A stretch of 64,000 bases of DNA from Bispira polyomma (lineage: Eukaryota). The notes under the pieces were generated by a model that saw only the letters and a list, made by a program, of their open reading frames with translations, was not told where the DNA came from and did not search any database. The stretch lies in NCBI GenBank assembly GCA_965649765.1, contig OZ287759.1, forward strand, positions 1,550,001-1,614,000. The letters run 5' to 3'. A program made the translations under genes and the position numbers. This document shows, piece after piece, positions 27,020 through 40,971 of the stretch (position 1 is the first letter of the stretch; each line of letters starts with the position of its first letter).

Positions 27020-27420
27020 AAGATAATTAGAAACCACTGATCCAATTAAACTGCTATCGTCATAGTAAAGGCACTTGTCAGCAGTCGATTGGACTAGTGC
27101 AATACTCTACTTCTTGCACTAAAAATTACCAGCTGCAAAGGTTACAGTCCAACAGGCAACATAATTTCAGTCTCTGATACCAGAACCAGAAAACGGATTG
27201 GATCCTATGCCTTCCCAGGAAACCTTCTCTGTTTTCAGATGCAACCTTAAAGACATCTCTTCAACCTCTCTTACCCTCCATGGGCATCTTTATCTTTCAC
27301 ATTACCCCCTGATCACAAATTTGCATTGGAAACGGATTATGATTAACTACTTTTTACATTCTGATGTACTTATGAATTAGCCCCTGTATCCTGTGAGATG
27401 TCTGGAATATGATATTGACA
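27020..27420 (+). mobile_element. L2-clade LINE remnant
   Basis: V KALVSSRLD*CNTLL...KNYQLQRLQ at ~27060-27150. Confidence 0.55.
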
Positions 27421-27464
27421 GTGTTTGATTTACAACGTGTAGCATACAGACAGTTAGCGATAAG

Positions 27465-27620
27465 CCTCAACAGCTTGGAACAAGTAGCCTACCCGCAGTC
27501 AGTGATCAGCAACATCAGCTTAGAACCCGTAGCATAAGACAGTCAGCCATCAGCAACAACAGCTTGGAACAAGTAGCCTACCCACAGTCAGTGATAAGCA
27601 ACAGCAGCTTGGAACACACA
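27465..27620. repeat. Short imperfect tandem repeat, followed by a (CAC/CAT)n tract at ~27660-27690
   Basis: CAGCTTGGAACAAGTAGCCTACCCRCAGTCAGTGAT recurs at ~27471 and ~27559, with partial copies between and after. Confidence 0.7.
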
Positions 27621-30600
27621 GCCTACAACCACCCAAAATCACCTCCGCATCACAGTCGCAGCCTCCTCCACCACCATCACCATCACCGCAGTAAGCTACT
27701 ACAGAGCTACCTGGATGTTTTAAGAACATTATTTGAGCTTGAATGCTGAAAATCCTAAACAAACAGATTACACTGTCCCCTCAAAAACAATTCACACATA
27801 CACATAGAAATTATAAATCACTGGCCCAGAGTTCAAACCCCAAAGTAAAAATTAAATGACAGCGAATCTCAGAGTAGTAGTGTTTGTTCCTACAAATTAA
27901 AAAAGCCCAAATGATTACCAAATTGAAAGAAAAACTCCTTATTTTGTTTGTAACTTTAAAAAAGAAAAAGAAAAGAAATAATTTAGTAAAAAAGGAGAAA
28001 CTCTTCGTAACCCAATATGTTGACAGTTGTACAATGCAAAGAGTTCCTCATAGACCAAAAAAAAACAATGCCTAAAATTCCCCTCTCCGAAACAAGTGGT
28101 CACACCAATGACAGGGTTTGAACCCATGATCTCTGACACTCAATGGCACATAACCTATCTATTGCTCGGGAATCTTTAGATTATATATTAAGGGCGGAGG
28201 AATTTTAAAAGTCAGTGAAAGGCCTTGGGTTGAAATCTATTTTAATAAGAGGTTTCTTTCTTCAGTGTGTGTGTTGGAATCTAAAATATTTCATGTTAGG
28301 TTGGAATTTACAATGTTTCTATGGTGGGGCCTAAAATATTACATCCATTGGTGTGGGATTCGAACCTTATGAAGTGTGAATTGTGAGATCTGATTGGGTT
28401 AGAGGGTGAGGGGTAACAACAAACAGCTTTGTAATTGTTGTTAGAATATTTGGGTGGTCTTGAAAATTACCTTTTTTGGTCACAGCTACTATGATATCTC
28501 AGGCTCAGGGTGGCTTCTCATCAGGCTCAGGAGGTTAGGCTCAGGTCAAACTTCATACTCTGTCATTCTATCGTGGGATTGCCCCCTCATTCATGAAGTA
28601 GTCCATCAAAGTGTTCCTTTGGTCTTTTGCCCCGTCTAGATGGGTTTCTGTTTTCATTTCCTGCTTGGTCCCCCACCAGCTGCTCCTCAGGCTCGAGTGG
28701 ATCATCTTGTGCATTGGGTGCTCCAGTGCTGGGTTACCACAGCCGCTAAACTCCTTGAAAAAGACAATATTACACCAATAGAATGCTTTGTTGGTTTAGT
28801 TTCCCGTATCCGCTAATCAAGAGACAAATTAACTTTTGATAAATTACGAGATAAATTTGGGCCTTGAATTGTAAACTCAAATGATTTTCTGGAGGCAGTT
28901 TGACTTTTTTTTAAAAAAAAAGAATGAATGAATAATAGTAAATGGTCACTGGTAGTTCCATTATATTTCATTTAAAAGTTGCATCATTACGAAGGATTAA
29001 GGCATTTTTTATAGTAGTCTATGGTTAACTTGGAACTATTCCATAACATAGGGGCAGCAATTGACATCCATGTTTGTAAAGAATTTCCACATTCAAAACT
29101 ATAATCGAGCATAAAGATTAAAAACTGCTGAATTATTTTCCCCAAAGAAAAATATGTTTGATGGGACTGAGAAATTATTTTCCTGAAATTTCATCCGGGT
29201 ATATACTGAATTGTACCATCTATATGGGGATTTTTAATTATTTGCAATTTACGTCACTTTATCAGCTTAGGTCATATCATAATGGCCATATTTAATGGTG
29301 TAAGAAACCGGTACTGAAGCCACTGTAAACCACCAGCCTATGGCAAGTACCTAACAAACTTTCTCATGCAAAGGAACAAAAATGCTTCAAACCCACAATG
29401 GTGAGAGGCCAGTGATTGTGAGATGACCTTTTCTAACCACCAGGCTAACATGGTGCCTGTCCATATGAAGAGTTGTACGAGGATGCCATTATGACATAGC
29501 ACTACTTAAATGAGACCACAACACCCTCAACAATTGTCTGTGGATACAATATTAGCCATCATATTGAGGAAGTATTCAATAAAAAATTTTTAGGCTTAAC
29601 TGAAGTTTTATTGCGTTTACAGTGCTTTAGAAATATAACAGCAGTATATAAGTTCACAGGAAATAGAGCTCTCTATTAATTAATATAACTTTTTTCTGTT
29701 CCTACATTAATTGCTGATGTGTAATTACATAGTTGGTTAGGTCACCCAATTTTCGAACAAATGATTATTGTTACAAAAGTAATTCTCTTTTGGGACACGT
29801 CCATTGGTTGTGCAGATTGTTTAGTTGTTTAGTTAACCAGGATTACATAAAAATTGTCAAGTAAATTTTCATGATAATTGGTGGATTCATTATCCAAGCT
29901 CATTCAAGAAAAAATTGCTAACATCAATTCCTGCTGAAAAGTCCAGTTATATATAATATGAAAAGCAATCTTACTTTGTATTGTAAACATTCATGGCGGT
30001 AAATATCAGAACAAATGAAGTTATTCGTAGTGTGTCAATGACTTGATAAACATCTTACTTAAGATTTTTAACTTCCGCAATTCTATTTTAGTTTAACAGC
30101 CGATTTATGATTCAACAGGAAGTAGGGATTGATTGTAAACAAATGTTAACATGCTGTGACAAAAAATCAAGAAAGTAAGTGAAATATTTTTGGGGATGTC
30201 TATTTTTTAGTCCAAAGTATACGTTTTTCTATTTTGTAAAGGGCAAAACTAGAGGCACACTCTGTAAAGAAATTCCTGGTTCTGCCATTTTACTAGCATT
30301 CACTCCAAACTTAAATGAATTCCAATGTCATTTATTTTTAGTTCAGTAGCTTTTGTGTAATCATGGTGATCAGAAATGAAATGAGACGATAACAATAAAT
30401 TATTTTTTGGAGGTAATTAAATGATTCATTATCTGTCTTAAAGCCATGGTATCTCTTGTTTCCCGTATTCCCCAGTAACCTGATGCATACCATTTACCTA
30501 AATTGGTTTACTTTAGATTTGGATTAATGTTGCCTTTAACATGTCCGGTGTCAAAGTTACAATGGGCACTTGGTGGAGGAAATCAGAGTGATCAAAGCTT

Positions 30601-31585
30601 TTCTGCTCTGCAAACCGACATCCTTTCCGCCTGTTTACTTTCCTGCATGGCTAAGATTTCAAACCCACAACTGTAGAATTGCGAGAAGTATGTAGTCAAT
30701 CCAGTAGTTGTTGTGTAATCTTGAAAATCACAAATAGAATGGGGTGAATGGATAGCATTTCCTGTATGAGATTCACCTAGAGTGGTGCTGTCATGTCTAA
30801 AATACAAAGGCTTCTCTCTCGCTAGAAAATATCGTATAGCCCTGACTTCATCCATATCCACCAAAAAAAAAAAGATCTAGCAATGACTCAAAAAAGTTTC
30901 GTCCACTCCTAGTTATTTTAGCCTGTTTAATGTAAGGCTAAGAACTCTTTTGTAGCTATCTATTTGGCTCGTCATGTTGTGATTTTGACTTCTAATCTGT
31001 CCAAGGGAGGCTTCCGGCAAAGTTCTTTTTATGGAACGCATTCAGTTGGTCTATGATAAGTTGAGCTTCAATTTGTGGAAATTTATCAAGTATGCAAAAA
31101 ATGCAGAAACTATCAAACCTACTTGGTTTTTATATTCCCACCCTTCCCTTTTTGTATTATATTGTATTGTACATTTTTAACATGCCTTATTGATGCTAGG
31201 GATCTTCTCAGTGCCTCCCCAAAGTGTGGATTTATGAATTAATATATAAATAAAACACCATTCTTTGGGCATATTAGTTTAATTCACTAAAGTTAGATCT
31301 ACAGATTATGTACAAATTGCAATATCATTAACTAAAAGATTAAGACCACCTTAAATTAATGTTGAAGTTAAGAGCATGAGTTTAAGTCCATGCCTGAGTT
31401 GAAGATGTTGACTTAACTTCATTTAAGATTACATTAAATTTAAGTTACGTATAGTTACTAATCTTATTACTTCATTTAAGATTACATTACAGTTTAAGTT
31501 ATGTAAAGTTAAGGTGGCCTTAAGTATTGACTAATATATAGTGTATATAATGCCATTTAAGTTTATTTAAAACACCAAACCCCAA

Positions 31586-32511
31586 CTAGTAGGTAGAAGA
31601 GGAAGGTTGATGTAGTGAATTTTGAAAGGCCAACGCCACCTGGTCAGAGGAGTCATGGTCTTGTGTAATGTAGCACCAGACGTATTCTGAGGTCCAAGTG
31701 CCATGACTTTGAATATTTTGAATGGAAACATTGTTGTTAAAGGCCCACGTGGCTCCAGAACGTCCAAAAGAATGAAAAGTGATGTTAGAATTTTGTAAAC
31801 CAAGATCTTTCAGAATGATAGCGAAGTTACGCCTGACTTTAGTGTCAGTCATAGGGAGCCACGTGGCCAAGCGTTTACATTGAAACAGAGGCGAATTTTT
31901 TTGACCAGTGATGGCAAGCATATTGGAAATGGCAGCCACTGGACACAGTGGGGAACCCCCAAGTGAGGGTATTTTTAAAAGTCTAACTGTATCCCTGCTC
32001 TGTAATGTCTTACTCCATTTAATCAATACTTGAAGACCAGGAGGTGCAAATATGATGTCACCTCTGGCTAGGTGTTGTAGGGGTGAGTAAGTAGAGTTAG
32101 AGTGGGGAACCAAATTTGATATTCTCAAGAATGAGAAAAATGCAAAGAGGTAGATGGCCTTGTAGACCTGACCCATGTACATAAAGTCACATATATTGAT
32201 GATTTGGATCAGCAGAGGAATGTCAATGATGGATTTAAGTTGTACTTTAAAGGGTTTATGCAATACAATTGCCTTTTGGAAATACTTTATTCTAGGGTCC
32301 ATGAAGGCTGAGGTGTCAAGGCCATATAGGGCCAACCTTGCCTTGATTGCAGCCAAGTAATTTGCTATACCAGAGTGAGAGGTGTTGTTTTCAGCCAAAA
32401 CCTCGAGGAAAGCTAAGAGAATAGTAGCTGTGATTGGTTGTATTGCAATATTTGCAAACACACAGTAAGCTAGGAAGTTTCTGAACATACCAGCCAGCCA
32501 GGAGTTTGTAC
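31586..32511 (-). pseudogene. N3 tyrosine recombinase (HxxR arginine mutated, N-terminal deletion)
   Basis: FLRISNL, WSKT, HSFGRSGAT (HTFRRSGAT in N4 and N5), HGTW and VWCYI. Confidence 0.9.
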
Positions 32512-32524
32512 CTAAAGAATACAA

Positions 32525-35434
32525 TCAAATATTCCAGTCAAGATGGGTGGCTTCCACCCCTACAGGTAACCACATTGGTTCTACTATAGATTTCCTTAAT
32601 CTGTTTGAAGGTTCGCTAGTTATTGCCCATCTAGATAGCAAGTCTGCTACCTCATTATTTTTACCTAAGACATGTACCACTCGTAGGTCAATATCTGCCC
32701 TGGCAGTTTCCATCTGGATGTTTCGAGCCATGGCTGCCAGAGTAAGATCCCTAGTTTTGCCATTGGTAAGTACCGAGACTACTGCCTGATTGTCGCACAA
32801 TACCACAATTTTATTTCCTGCCCAATGGCAACCCCATAAACGGATAGCCACGAGAATATTGATCATCTCCAAGTGAACAATAGATTAATTTTGAAAGCGT
32901 AGAGGAAGTTGAAGTGTGTACACCTGATTACCCCATCGCCCACCCAGACCTTGCAAGCATGCATCTAGCTCTATACCCATTTTGGGGATTCTATGGTCGC
33001 AGAAAGCAACACCATTGAATTGTGAAATGAATTTACTGAACCATGCAAGGTCTTGTTTGAATTCAGTTGTTAATTGTATGGACCTGTCATCATGTGCCGA
33101 GCGAAGTACATCAAGCATTCTGTTTAGAAAAATGCGTGAAACTTTAACACACTTGGATACATATAATAGGCTGCCTAGTAACGATTGGAGATCTCGTTTT
33201 GAACAGTGTGTTTTTTATGCCACTTTAGGCATACATTCTTGACATCATTGAGTTTTTCCGGTGGAATTGAGACAGTGAAATTTTCTGTGTTTATTAGTAC
33301 ACCCAGACATGTAACACTAGTAGCTGGGCTAATGAGTTTTTTCTGGCTAATTGCAAAACCCAAATCTACTAAAAGTTTATGGAGCATTTTAAAAGACTTT
33401 TCTGCCATACTGGGCGTACTGTACCCTATGACATCATCAATGTAATTCGTGACTTTAAAGCCCTTTTTAGACATAATGAAGCGGACAGCGTCACTTAGGC
33501 GTTGGAATATTGCACTTCCGTGCCTGAACCCAAAGGGCAGGCACGTGTCCACATAATAGTCGTCGAGTTTTAAACCTAAAAGGTCATAGTCTTTAGGGTC
33601 CATTTTGACGTGCCGGAATGCCCGGCTGACATCAATTTTGTACAAAAGAGAGCCTTTGCCTAAGCATCTAACTTTATTTGTGACATCATCTATAGTAGGT
33701 AAGGTAAGCATGAAGGGGGTGCCTAGGTAGCTATTTCTTAGAACCCCTGCATTGACAGATTCACCTAAAGGAAAGCTGAGATCAATTATTACTCTTCTAT
33801 GTGCATCCCCAGGCTTCTCCCTGGTCATGAAGGGTGATATATGTAAGTTTTTTATTGGAGGTTTCTTAAATGGACCTAGTATAGCTTTGAACTGCTTTTC
33901 TTCTTCTAAATATGCTTCAACATCTTTAGTGTAAAATTTTGCAGAATTGTGATTTGTATCTTTATGAGATAGCATATTTGATCTATCAAAGTCAACTGGA
34001 AAGCCATAGCGTATTAGGGAGGGGAGTTGTTTATCCCAATAGTCACCTAGCAATTCTGCCCATTTGTCTGGTTTTAATTCAGATTCTATTTGTATCTGAG
34101 AGCCACAAAAGTTATGCTGTTTATCAGCTGTTATGATCTCATGCAGTTTGCACATAGATGCACTACTTTTATTTTTCCTGTCTCGTGTTGGTATTTTTAA
34201 ATCCCCTATGGGAACAAACCCAAATTTGTCAGTGCTTTGGTCATACCATTCCCTGAAGGTGGCATTATCTACTGCTGTACACATAAGATCCTTGTGCTTT
34301 GGCTTCACCTGTAATTGAAACTCATATTTATCCTCAGTGTTTATATTACTGTTGCTATCCACTTTTAAGTTAAGTTCACCTCGTCCCATGAGTTTAACTT
34401 TGGTTTTAGCAGTGTAAATAACCTGATTTTTTGAGTCACCCATTTGTTTTGTATTAGTCATGTTATGACCCCTATGGGGTTCCGCAGTGGGATCATTTAC
34501 TATTTCCCCTTGGTTATCTATCATTATGGTTTCTTCACATTGAAATTGTTTTAGGGGGGGGGAAACCTGTTGTGTTGGTTCTTTGAGTTACCCGTTTGTT
34601 TTGTATTAGTCATGTTGTGACCCTTATGGGGTTCCGCAGTGGGATCATCTAATGTTTCCCCTTGGTTACCCGTCACTATGGTTTCTTTACACTGAAATTG
34701 TTCTTGGGGCACAAACCTGTTATGTTGGTTCTTTGAGTTATCTGTTCGTTTTGGATTAGTCATGTTGTGACCCTTATGGGGTTCCACAGTGGGATCATTT
34801 ACTATTTCCCCTTGGTTACCCATCACTATGGTTTCTTCACACTGAAATTGTTCTAGGGGGGAAAATCTGTTGTGTGTGCCACTTAAAGTGTCATTATTAA
34901 TTTGTTCACCCCGAGCTGATTGTTTTTTGACACCACCTTTCTGGGGAGGGGGGGGGGGGAAATAACCACCTTATTGTTGCCTTTTACCCATTTGGGAACA
35001 ATTGGGCCAGCATTCACCCTTGTTGGTGGGTGACATTTCCTGACATTCCCTGTAAACGTACATTGGTTAGTGTTTTTATACAATTTCTGTTTTACATTTC
35101 CTGTAAACATGCATTTGTTAGTGTTTTCGGACCATTTGCTTTTTACATGAACATTATTTGACATTTTGTGAAAGCACGAGCTGATTTTGGGGACTGTTTC
35201 CACTTTTTCGTTTTTGTTACTGATTTCCTTTTTATTCCCTTCCTGTACCACTTGTGCATAAGACATTTGATTTACTTTCTTCCAGTCGTGTCTCCAATTC
35301 ATGCTCGCCCTTTCACACATTTCACTATTTACACATATTCTAGTATTAAATTTGTTTACCTGCAACACTTCATCATATTTGATTTTTTCTGATCTTTTGT
35401 GCACTGCCCCTTGGCAGTGCCCTAATCGTTTTTT
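32525..35434 (-). pseudogene. N3 pol (linker-RT-RNase H), frameshifted
   Basis: ORF pieces 34883-35404, 34551-34826, 33175-34524, 32885-33118 and 32525-32872 tile the N4 pol. Confidence 0.9.
34425..34875. repeat. Three ~150-bp tandem repeats (50 codons) in the N3 pol linker
   Basis: GTCATGTT anchors at 34457, 34609 and 34759 (offsets 152 and 150). The peptide GNQGEIVNDPT.EPH.GHNMTN is repeated. Confidence 0.92.
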
Positions 35435-36379
35435 GAATTTGAGTTTTGGTTTGAAGTTTTCTTACAGTCTTTTGCCGGATGTGTGTGCTGTTTGCCATAA
35501 CCAGCACATGTCGCACACATGTCTGACTTGTGAGAGCATGAACCTTTTTGATAAAATCTACACGGGATTGCCGTAGTTTTGTCTCTGCCAAATTTTTTAA
35601 TTGAACTACCCCCCACATTTTGATAAGATACCTTTTGAGCATGTGCCCTTCTTATTCTTTCAATTTGGTTTGTGTCGCCCCATGTTACTTTGCCATCTTC
35701 CATTCTACACAAGAGGACAGCATGAGCTCCCTTGACGGCAGACCTCTCTTGGCTGTCCTCCATTATATCATTCAGGTAATCTAACATGTGATTTTTGATA
35801 GCCACATCAGATTCTTCTCGTATTATAGCACTAAATCCAGCTATCCACTGTGCCATTGAAAGCTGATCATAACTGACCCTACCTTTATTGCTTCCCCCAA
35901 CACATAACTTTGAGGCCATGGAACCTGCCTCTTAACATAAACAGTTTCTGACCCCCCTCTTTGGGATTTGAACCTACCCGACTCGTTAGGAGGGCCAGCT
36001 CCTTTAGTCTGTCATCTACCTGGTACTGGACTGTTTGTGAGCGTCTCAATACTGTCAGGGAAGGGATCACTAGGTCGTCCTCCGCAGTCGACTTTGATGT
36101 GGAAGCGGGTTTAGTAGTATCATACTGAGAGGCCGAAGCCCCTAACGTGTCACCATAGTTCACTTTTTGCTCTATTTTTGACATACGTCCTCCCAATTCC
36201 TTCAATTCTTCTAAGATTTTCATATTCACTGATTTCACTGACGAGTGTTCACTTTCACTATAACAATTATTCATTTCATCCCCGGAATTGTCTAGAACAT
36301 TGTCTACAAATTGACAGTTTTTCCCCACTGGTCTCTTGTGGTTTCCGGCACACTTAGAACATTTATATGTTTTAGGCAT
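35422..36379 (-). pseudogene. N3 gag-like ORF1, one frameshift near 35990
   Basis: N-terminal CSKCAGNHKRPVGKNC and C-terminal CRFYQKGSC...HPAKDC. Homologous to N4 gag. Confidence 0.88.
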
Positions 36380-38920
36380 AGTGATTTATTACTTCTGTAT
36401 TGTTTGTATAGTCTATACTGAAAATAGAATAACCCGGTTTTGATACATGCATGCACGCTAGAGGTTTTCTATATATTATTTTGACTGGTTGTAAAATTTG
36501 ATGTATAAAGGTATAGGTGTATAAATTAGATATATGTAAAATCATAAAACAAAAAAATAAGAAGATAAAAGCACTTTCCTCTAACAAAGCTCTATGAGCA
36601 GTACGAGCATGACTCAAAACATTGAGTATTTTTTAAGTCTCCTTAAGTACAGGAACCAGCACACCAGTCACCTCAAGATGATCCACGTTTACACTAAAAT
36701 ATCCAGTAAATGTAACTGACTCTAACATATGAAGACAGTCCAACACTGTAAATTCCTAATATAAAACTTTTATATTTAAAAATGGCGTCTTGCCTTCTTG
36801 GTAAACAAATTTATAATGAGGATTATGTGAAAAGAGCGGGAATAGCTGGGGTTATGACCCCATAGCTGGGGTCATGACCCTAGTGTAGCCAATTAGAGAC
36901 TGAACAAGAATAGTTTTAGCAATATTTTGGCAGCACTGACCCTGCTGAGTCCCCGGCCTCACCATACAAAGGCGCAAAATCAGAATCAATCAGCCAATAG
37001 AAAAATGAAGAAAACATAGCCAGGTCATAAGAATGGATACGTCAGCGCTCAGGAAGATGACTACGGCAGATAGGCGAGCCTGAAGAGATAGGTTTCAAGC
37101 CTTTTCCTAAAACCAGAAAATGTATCAAGCAGTCTAAGTTCAACTAGAAGACTGTTCTATAACATAGGGGCGGCTCGCGAGAAGGCTCTAGATCCAACCC
37201 TCTTCGTATTTTTTTAGAGGAAACAGAGAGTCTTTTTCCACTCTTAAGGCTGCTGAAGAAGAGCTTAGTAGCGAGGTAGTGAGGCTGTTGAGAGACAACA
37301 GCTTTAAAAATGGTTATGTGCATTTTGAACATGATTCTATAGTCAATAGGAAGCCAGTGAAGATTCTTGAGGAAGGAGTGACATCAGTACGGATTCCCAA
37401 GGGAAAGATGACTCTACATAGATAGTTTTGAATGGACTGCAACTTGTTTATGTGGTACTTATTGGCTCCATACAGCAGAGAATTACAGTAGTCCAGGCGG
37501 CTACTTACAAGAGGGTTAGCCACAGTGATAGCAGTATCTAGTGACAGATAATTTCTGATTCTTTTGAGGTCCCGAATGTGATAGTAACAGGAGCGGCGAA
37601 TGCTGTTAATGTGAGGAAGAAATGAAGAAGCAGGGTCGATAGTGACACCTAAGTTTTTGTTTTGGTCTGAAGGTTGAATCTCATTGCCTTGCAGTGTGAT
37701 TGGGAAAAGTGATCTGAAGTATTCACTGTGTTTCTTATTTCCAATTAGGATGAATTCAGTTTTGTCAGGGTTTAGTTTCAGTTTGGAGTAGTTTATCCAT
37801 GCCTGAACTGAGGAGAGACAGTCGGCAAGTAAATCCAGGTTGTATCCGGCATTCTGAGTGTTAAGAGAGAGATATATTTGAGTGTTATCAGCATACATGT
37901 GATGTTTAACATTGTGATTATTAATGACTGCACTGAGAGGATCGGTGTAGAGGGTAAACAATAAAGGGTCGAGAACAGACCCCTGGGGTACTCCAAATGG
38001 TAGGTTAAAAGCGGATGAAAAGTGGTCGCACAATTTGATTTTTTGGGTTATAAGAGCAAGGTACGATTTGATCCAATCAAAGACAGTACCATTAAGACCA
38101 AACCACTGTTTTAGGGTGTCAAAAAAGAGTAAGCCATGGTCGATGGTATCTAAAGCTGCGGAGAGATAGAGTAGGGTGAGGGCTACAGTTTCATCACAAT
38201 CCAAAACAAGGTTAATGTCATCACTGATTGACAGGAGAGCACTCTCCGTGGAGTGAAATTTTCTGCAGGCAGATTGGTGGCAGTTAGCTAGAGTTTGTTT
38301 ATTAAGGTGGTTATGAATTTTTTTAGCAACAGCTTTCTTAATAAGTTTACATACAAAGCTGAGATTAGAGACTGGTCTATAGTTTTCTAGCCCAGTTTTG
38401 TCAAGGCCTGTTTTTTCAGCAAGGGGGCAACATATGCATGTCCTTTGGCAATCTTGATTTATTAAGAAATTACTCTTAAGTAATCTTAAAATGTATTTGC
38501 AAGAAGGGCGACTTTGTAAAACAAATCCTTTAAAACAGTTTTGTTTGGTTCCACAAAACTAATTTTGTTTACTAGTATGATCTTACAGGCACAGTGTTAA
38601 TATTAAAACTACAAAGATTTGGACATAACTATTAAAATTACACAAGTCAATTATCCATAAATATCAATAAGAGAAAGAGTTTTCAGCTCACAAAGAGAAA
38701 ACAAAAACTGTATATTCATTATAATTTCATTCTGCACCACAAATCACAAAGTCTGAGTAATTTCTATTTGCAACATGTCACCTGACTCAGTCAGAAACAC
38801 ATAAAAGATCCATTAACCGGGCTCTGCCTCAACACTTCACAGCAAATGGAGACTAAATCAAGCCTTTTATATGGACTTCCCCTCTAGCCTAGTGTAAGCA
38901 GCACATACTGCTCTAATTCG

Positions 38921-38961
<41 letters not shown>

Positions 38962-40905
38962 TAATTTGTAGGTTTGTAGGTTTGTAGGTGGTACTGTTAA
39001 CTTTAATTTTTACCAGTTTTTTTTTCAATGATTACACTGTGTACATGGATGTGTATGGGTTTGAATTTTTTCTCTGTTACTATATTTAAGTCATGCAAGT
39101 TTTCTAATACAAACAACTTGTATTGCAATTTAATTTATTTTACTAATAAATAAATCATTTTATTTTAAGAACCATGGATACACACATAAATTGATAATCT
39201 GATTGGGCCTGGTTCATATTTACCAGTACTAAATAGTTGTTTAAACGTTTGTTAAAAATACCAGATAGTTTATGAACTTGCAAGTCAGAATAACCTATAA
39301 ATAGCAAGCACAGACACTGGTGACCATAAAATCCAACTTTAGGTGTCACTGCCATTTTTTTTGTCATTCTATCCATTGAATTTACATCCACCCCATCCTG
39401 TTCCTGATGATTTCGGACAGAGGCTTTTCTCTGTGTAGCGGAAAAAATGGTATATCACTCTGTACAATTTATAGTTCATGGTCTGAAAGAAAGTTATCTT
39501 TAACTGTTCCACACAAAGTCAACATGACTTGAATAAAGTTGATTCATATTTCTTTTCCTACTGCACAAAGATTGGAGTTGTGGAGTAATGTGGATTTGTG
39601 TAGGAACATATTTTTTTTTGTCTTTTCTTGGTCGTATTTGGATATAGGATATAATGTGGATATTTCTTTAATATATTTTGTGCCTGAGATTTTATGCGTT
39701 AAAGATGAATCCGACCTGAATTTACTTAATATACTAAATATAGTGCATCTTTATTAAATAAATTTTCATGTAGATGTAGATAAAATATCAATATAAGTTG
39801 AAATTTTCATTGAGAATTAAGTTGAAACTTAAAACCTCAAAACTAGTTGAATAGCTAAATTTTTTTGGGTTAAAGTGTTCACTTATACAGTACTTTACCA
39901 CTTGAGTTCTGCCTATAGAAAAAAAGTTCTGAAATAGAGACTCATCATTTGTAAATATTGGGTTCTTTTCTTATTTGTTAATAAGAAACGGGAACCGATC
40001 AAGCTGGAGCACTTTATCAATCATGCTTTGGATTTTCTAGATATTTATTTATAAAAAATATGACAATTGGGAAGCCCTTCAGTTTTAATTGAATCTGACA
40101 AATGGGGTTTGATAATTTTTATCTTTCTGTGGTTAAAAAAGTAACATAAATTTCGTATTGTTTGTGGTGCATGAATGTGGAATTATTGTAAAAATGTCCC
40201 TTTTCCAAATTACTTATTAATTGTCATTTTTCTAAATATATAGCACATGGAGAGTGTAGCTAGGTCACAATGAATGTACAAAATGGTGCTAAAAATATAA
40301 ATATACTTATTGTAGAATGGGGTATTTTAAAACCATTATTATATTGACGCATTTGACAGAAACAAAATATATTTCAATTTTTTTTCATGTTGATTTTACA
40401 TACAACCATATGAGAGGAGGACAGCTGTCAAAACTCAGACTGTACTCTAGTAAAGGCTATGTAAAAGTTTCTACATTAAACCATCTCATTGACAATCTCA
40501 ACGGCTTTGCTATATATTTCATCCCACTTCCCCCATAAACCCCTACATCTCCTTCACAAAAATAATATCCCAGTGGCTGTTAAGACCCTCTTTTGGTACA
40601 TGCCTCATTCTAACAAGATCATTAGTAAACCTCCATTTCTCCCAAAATACCTCTTTACCAGTTCTGATTGAGCACTTATAGGAGGCGCTCTTTGCAATAA
40701 TGGCTATTTTAGTGCCCCATTTTGTAAGACTAACCAAGTTGGGAAAGTTGGTTTACTGATTGTAAAGTCTGTGGTTCAACTCCCACTAACGTCGCTAATT
40801 CTCGCCATTTTCCAAACGTAACAACAATTTTAGATTCAGATGTTTAAAGGGTCTCGTCAGAGATCCTATTTTTGTACTTCAGGGCATCAGTAACACTTTT
40901 TCTCA

Positions 40906-40971
40906 GCCTCTGATGAGACCCATTCACAATTTAGGGTTGAAATATTATTGAACATATTAATGATGTTAGGC
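40906..40971 (+). ncRNA. Type I hammerhead ribozyme fold, partly degenerate (possible Penelope-like pLTR or retrozyme remnant)
   Basis: GCCT-CTGATGA-GACCC(12-nt loop)GGGTT-GAAA-TATTATTGA(ACATA)TTAATGATG-TT-AGGC. Stems I, II and III and both core boxes are present; the cleavage triplet is GUU at 40965-40967. Confidence 0.75.

Larger units (their letters stand above)
31209..36968 (-). mobile_element. N3: Ngaro-type YR retrotransposon, defective, with structure A-gag-pol-YR-B only
   Basis: Gag, RT (YIDD), RNase H and YR are all recognisable. The ends are defined by the interrupted L2 3' UTR: ...GCGCCTT|TG-element-GGCAC|TG|AGAAG. No TSD beyond the shared TG. Confidence 0.92.
31151..38440 (-). 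mobile_element. 5'-truncated L2-clade LINE interrupted by Ngaro copy N3
   Basis: RT ORF 37314-38204 (FGVPQGSVL, HMYADNTQIY, LKLNPDKTEF, SRLDYCNSLL). The 3' UTR resumes across N3 and ends in a (CAATA)n tail at 31151-31208. Flanks TCCCTT / TCCTTT look like a TSD; the empty site CCCTTCCCTTGGCAAT is at ~58078-58093. Confidence 0.9.

Noticed and set aside
27550-27762. His-rich / Gly-Cys-rich ORFs
   Set aside because: They arise from simple and tandem repeats, with no evidence of coding function.
30592-30864. 90-aa ORF as a host gene
   Set aside because: Non-ATG start, no recognisable domain, and this segment is absent from the paralog at ~57910.
32175-34318. Short plus-strand ORFs antisense to N3 (and similar ones antisense to N1, N4 and N5)
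   Set aside because: These are shadow ORFs of the retroelement coding strand with non-conserved starts and stops.
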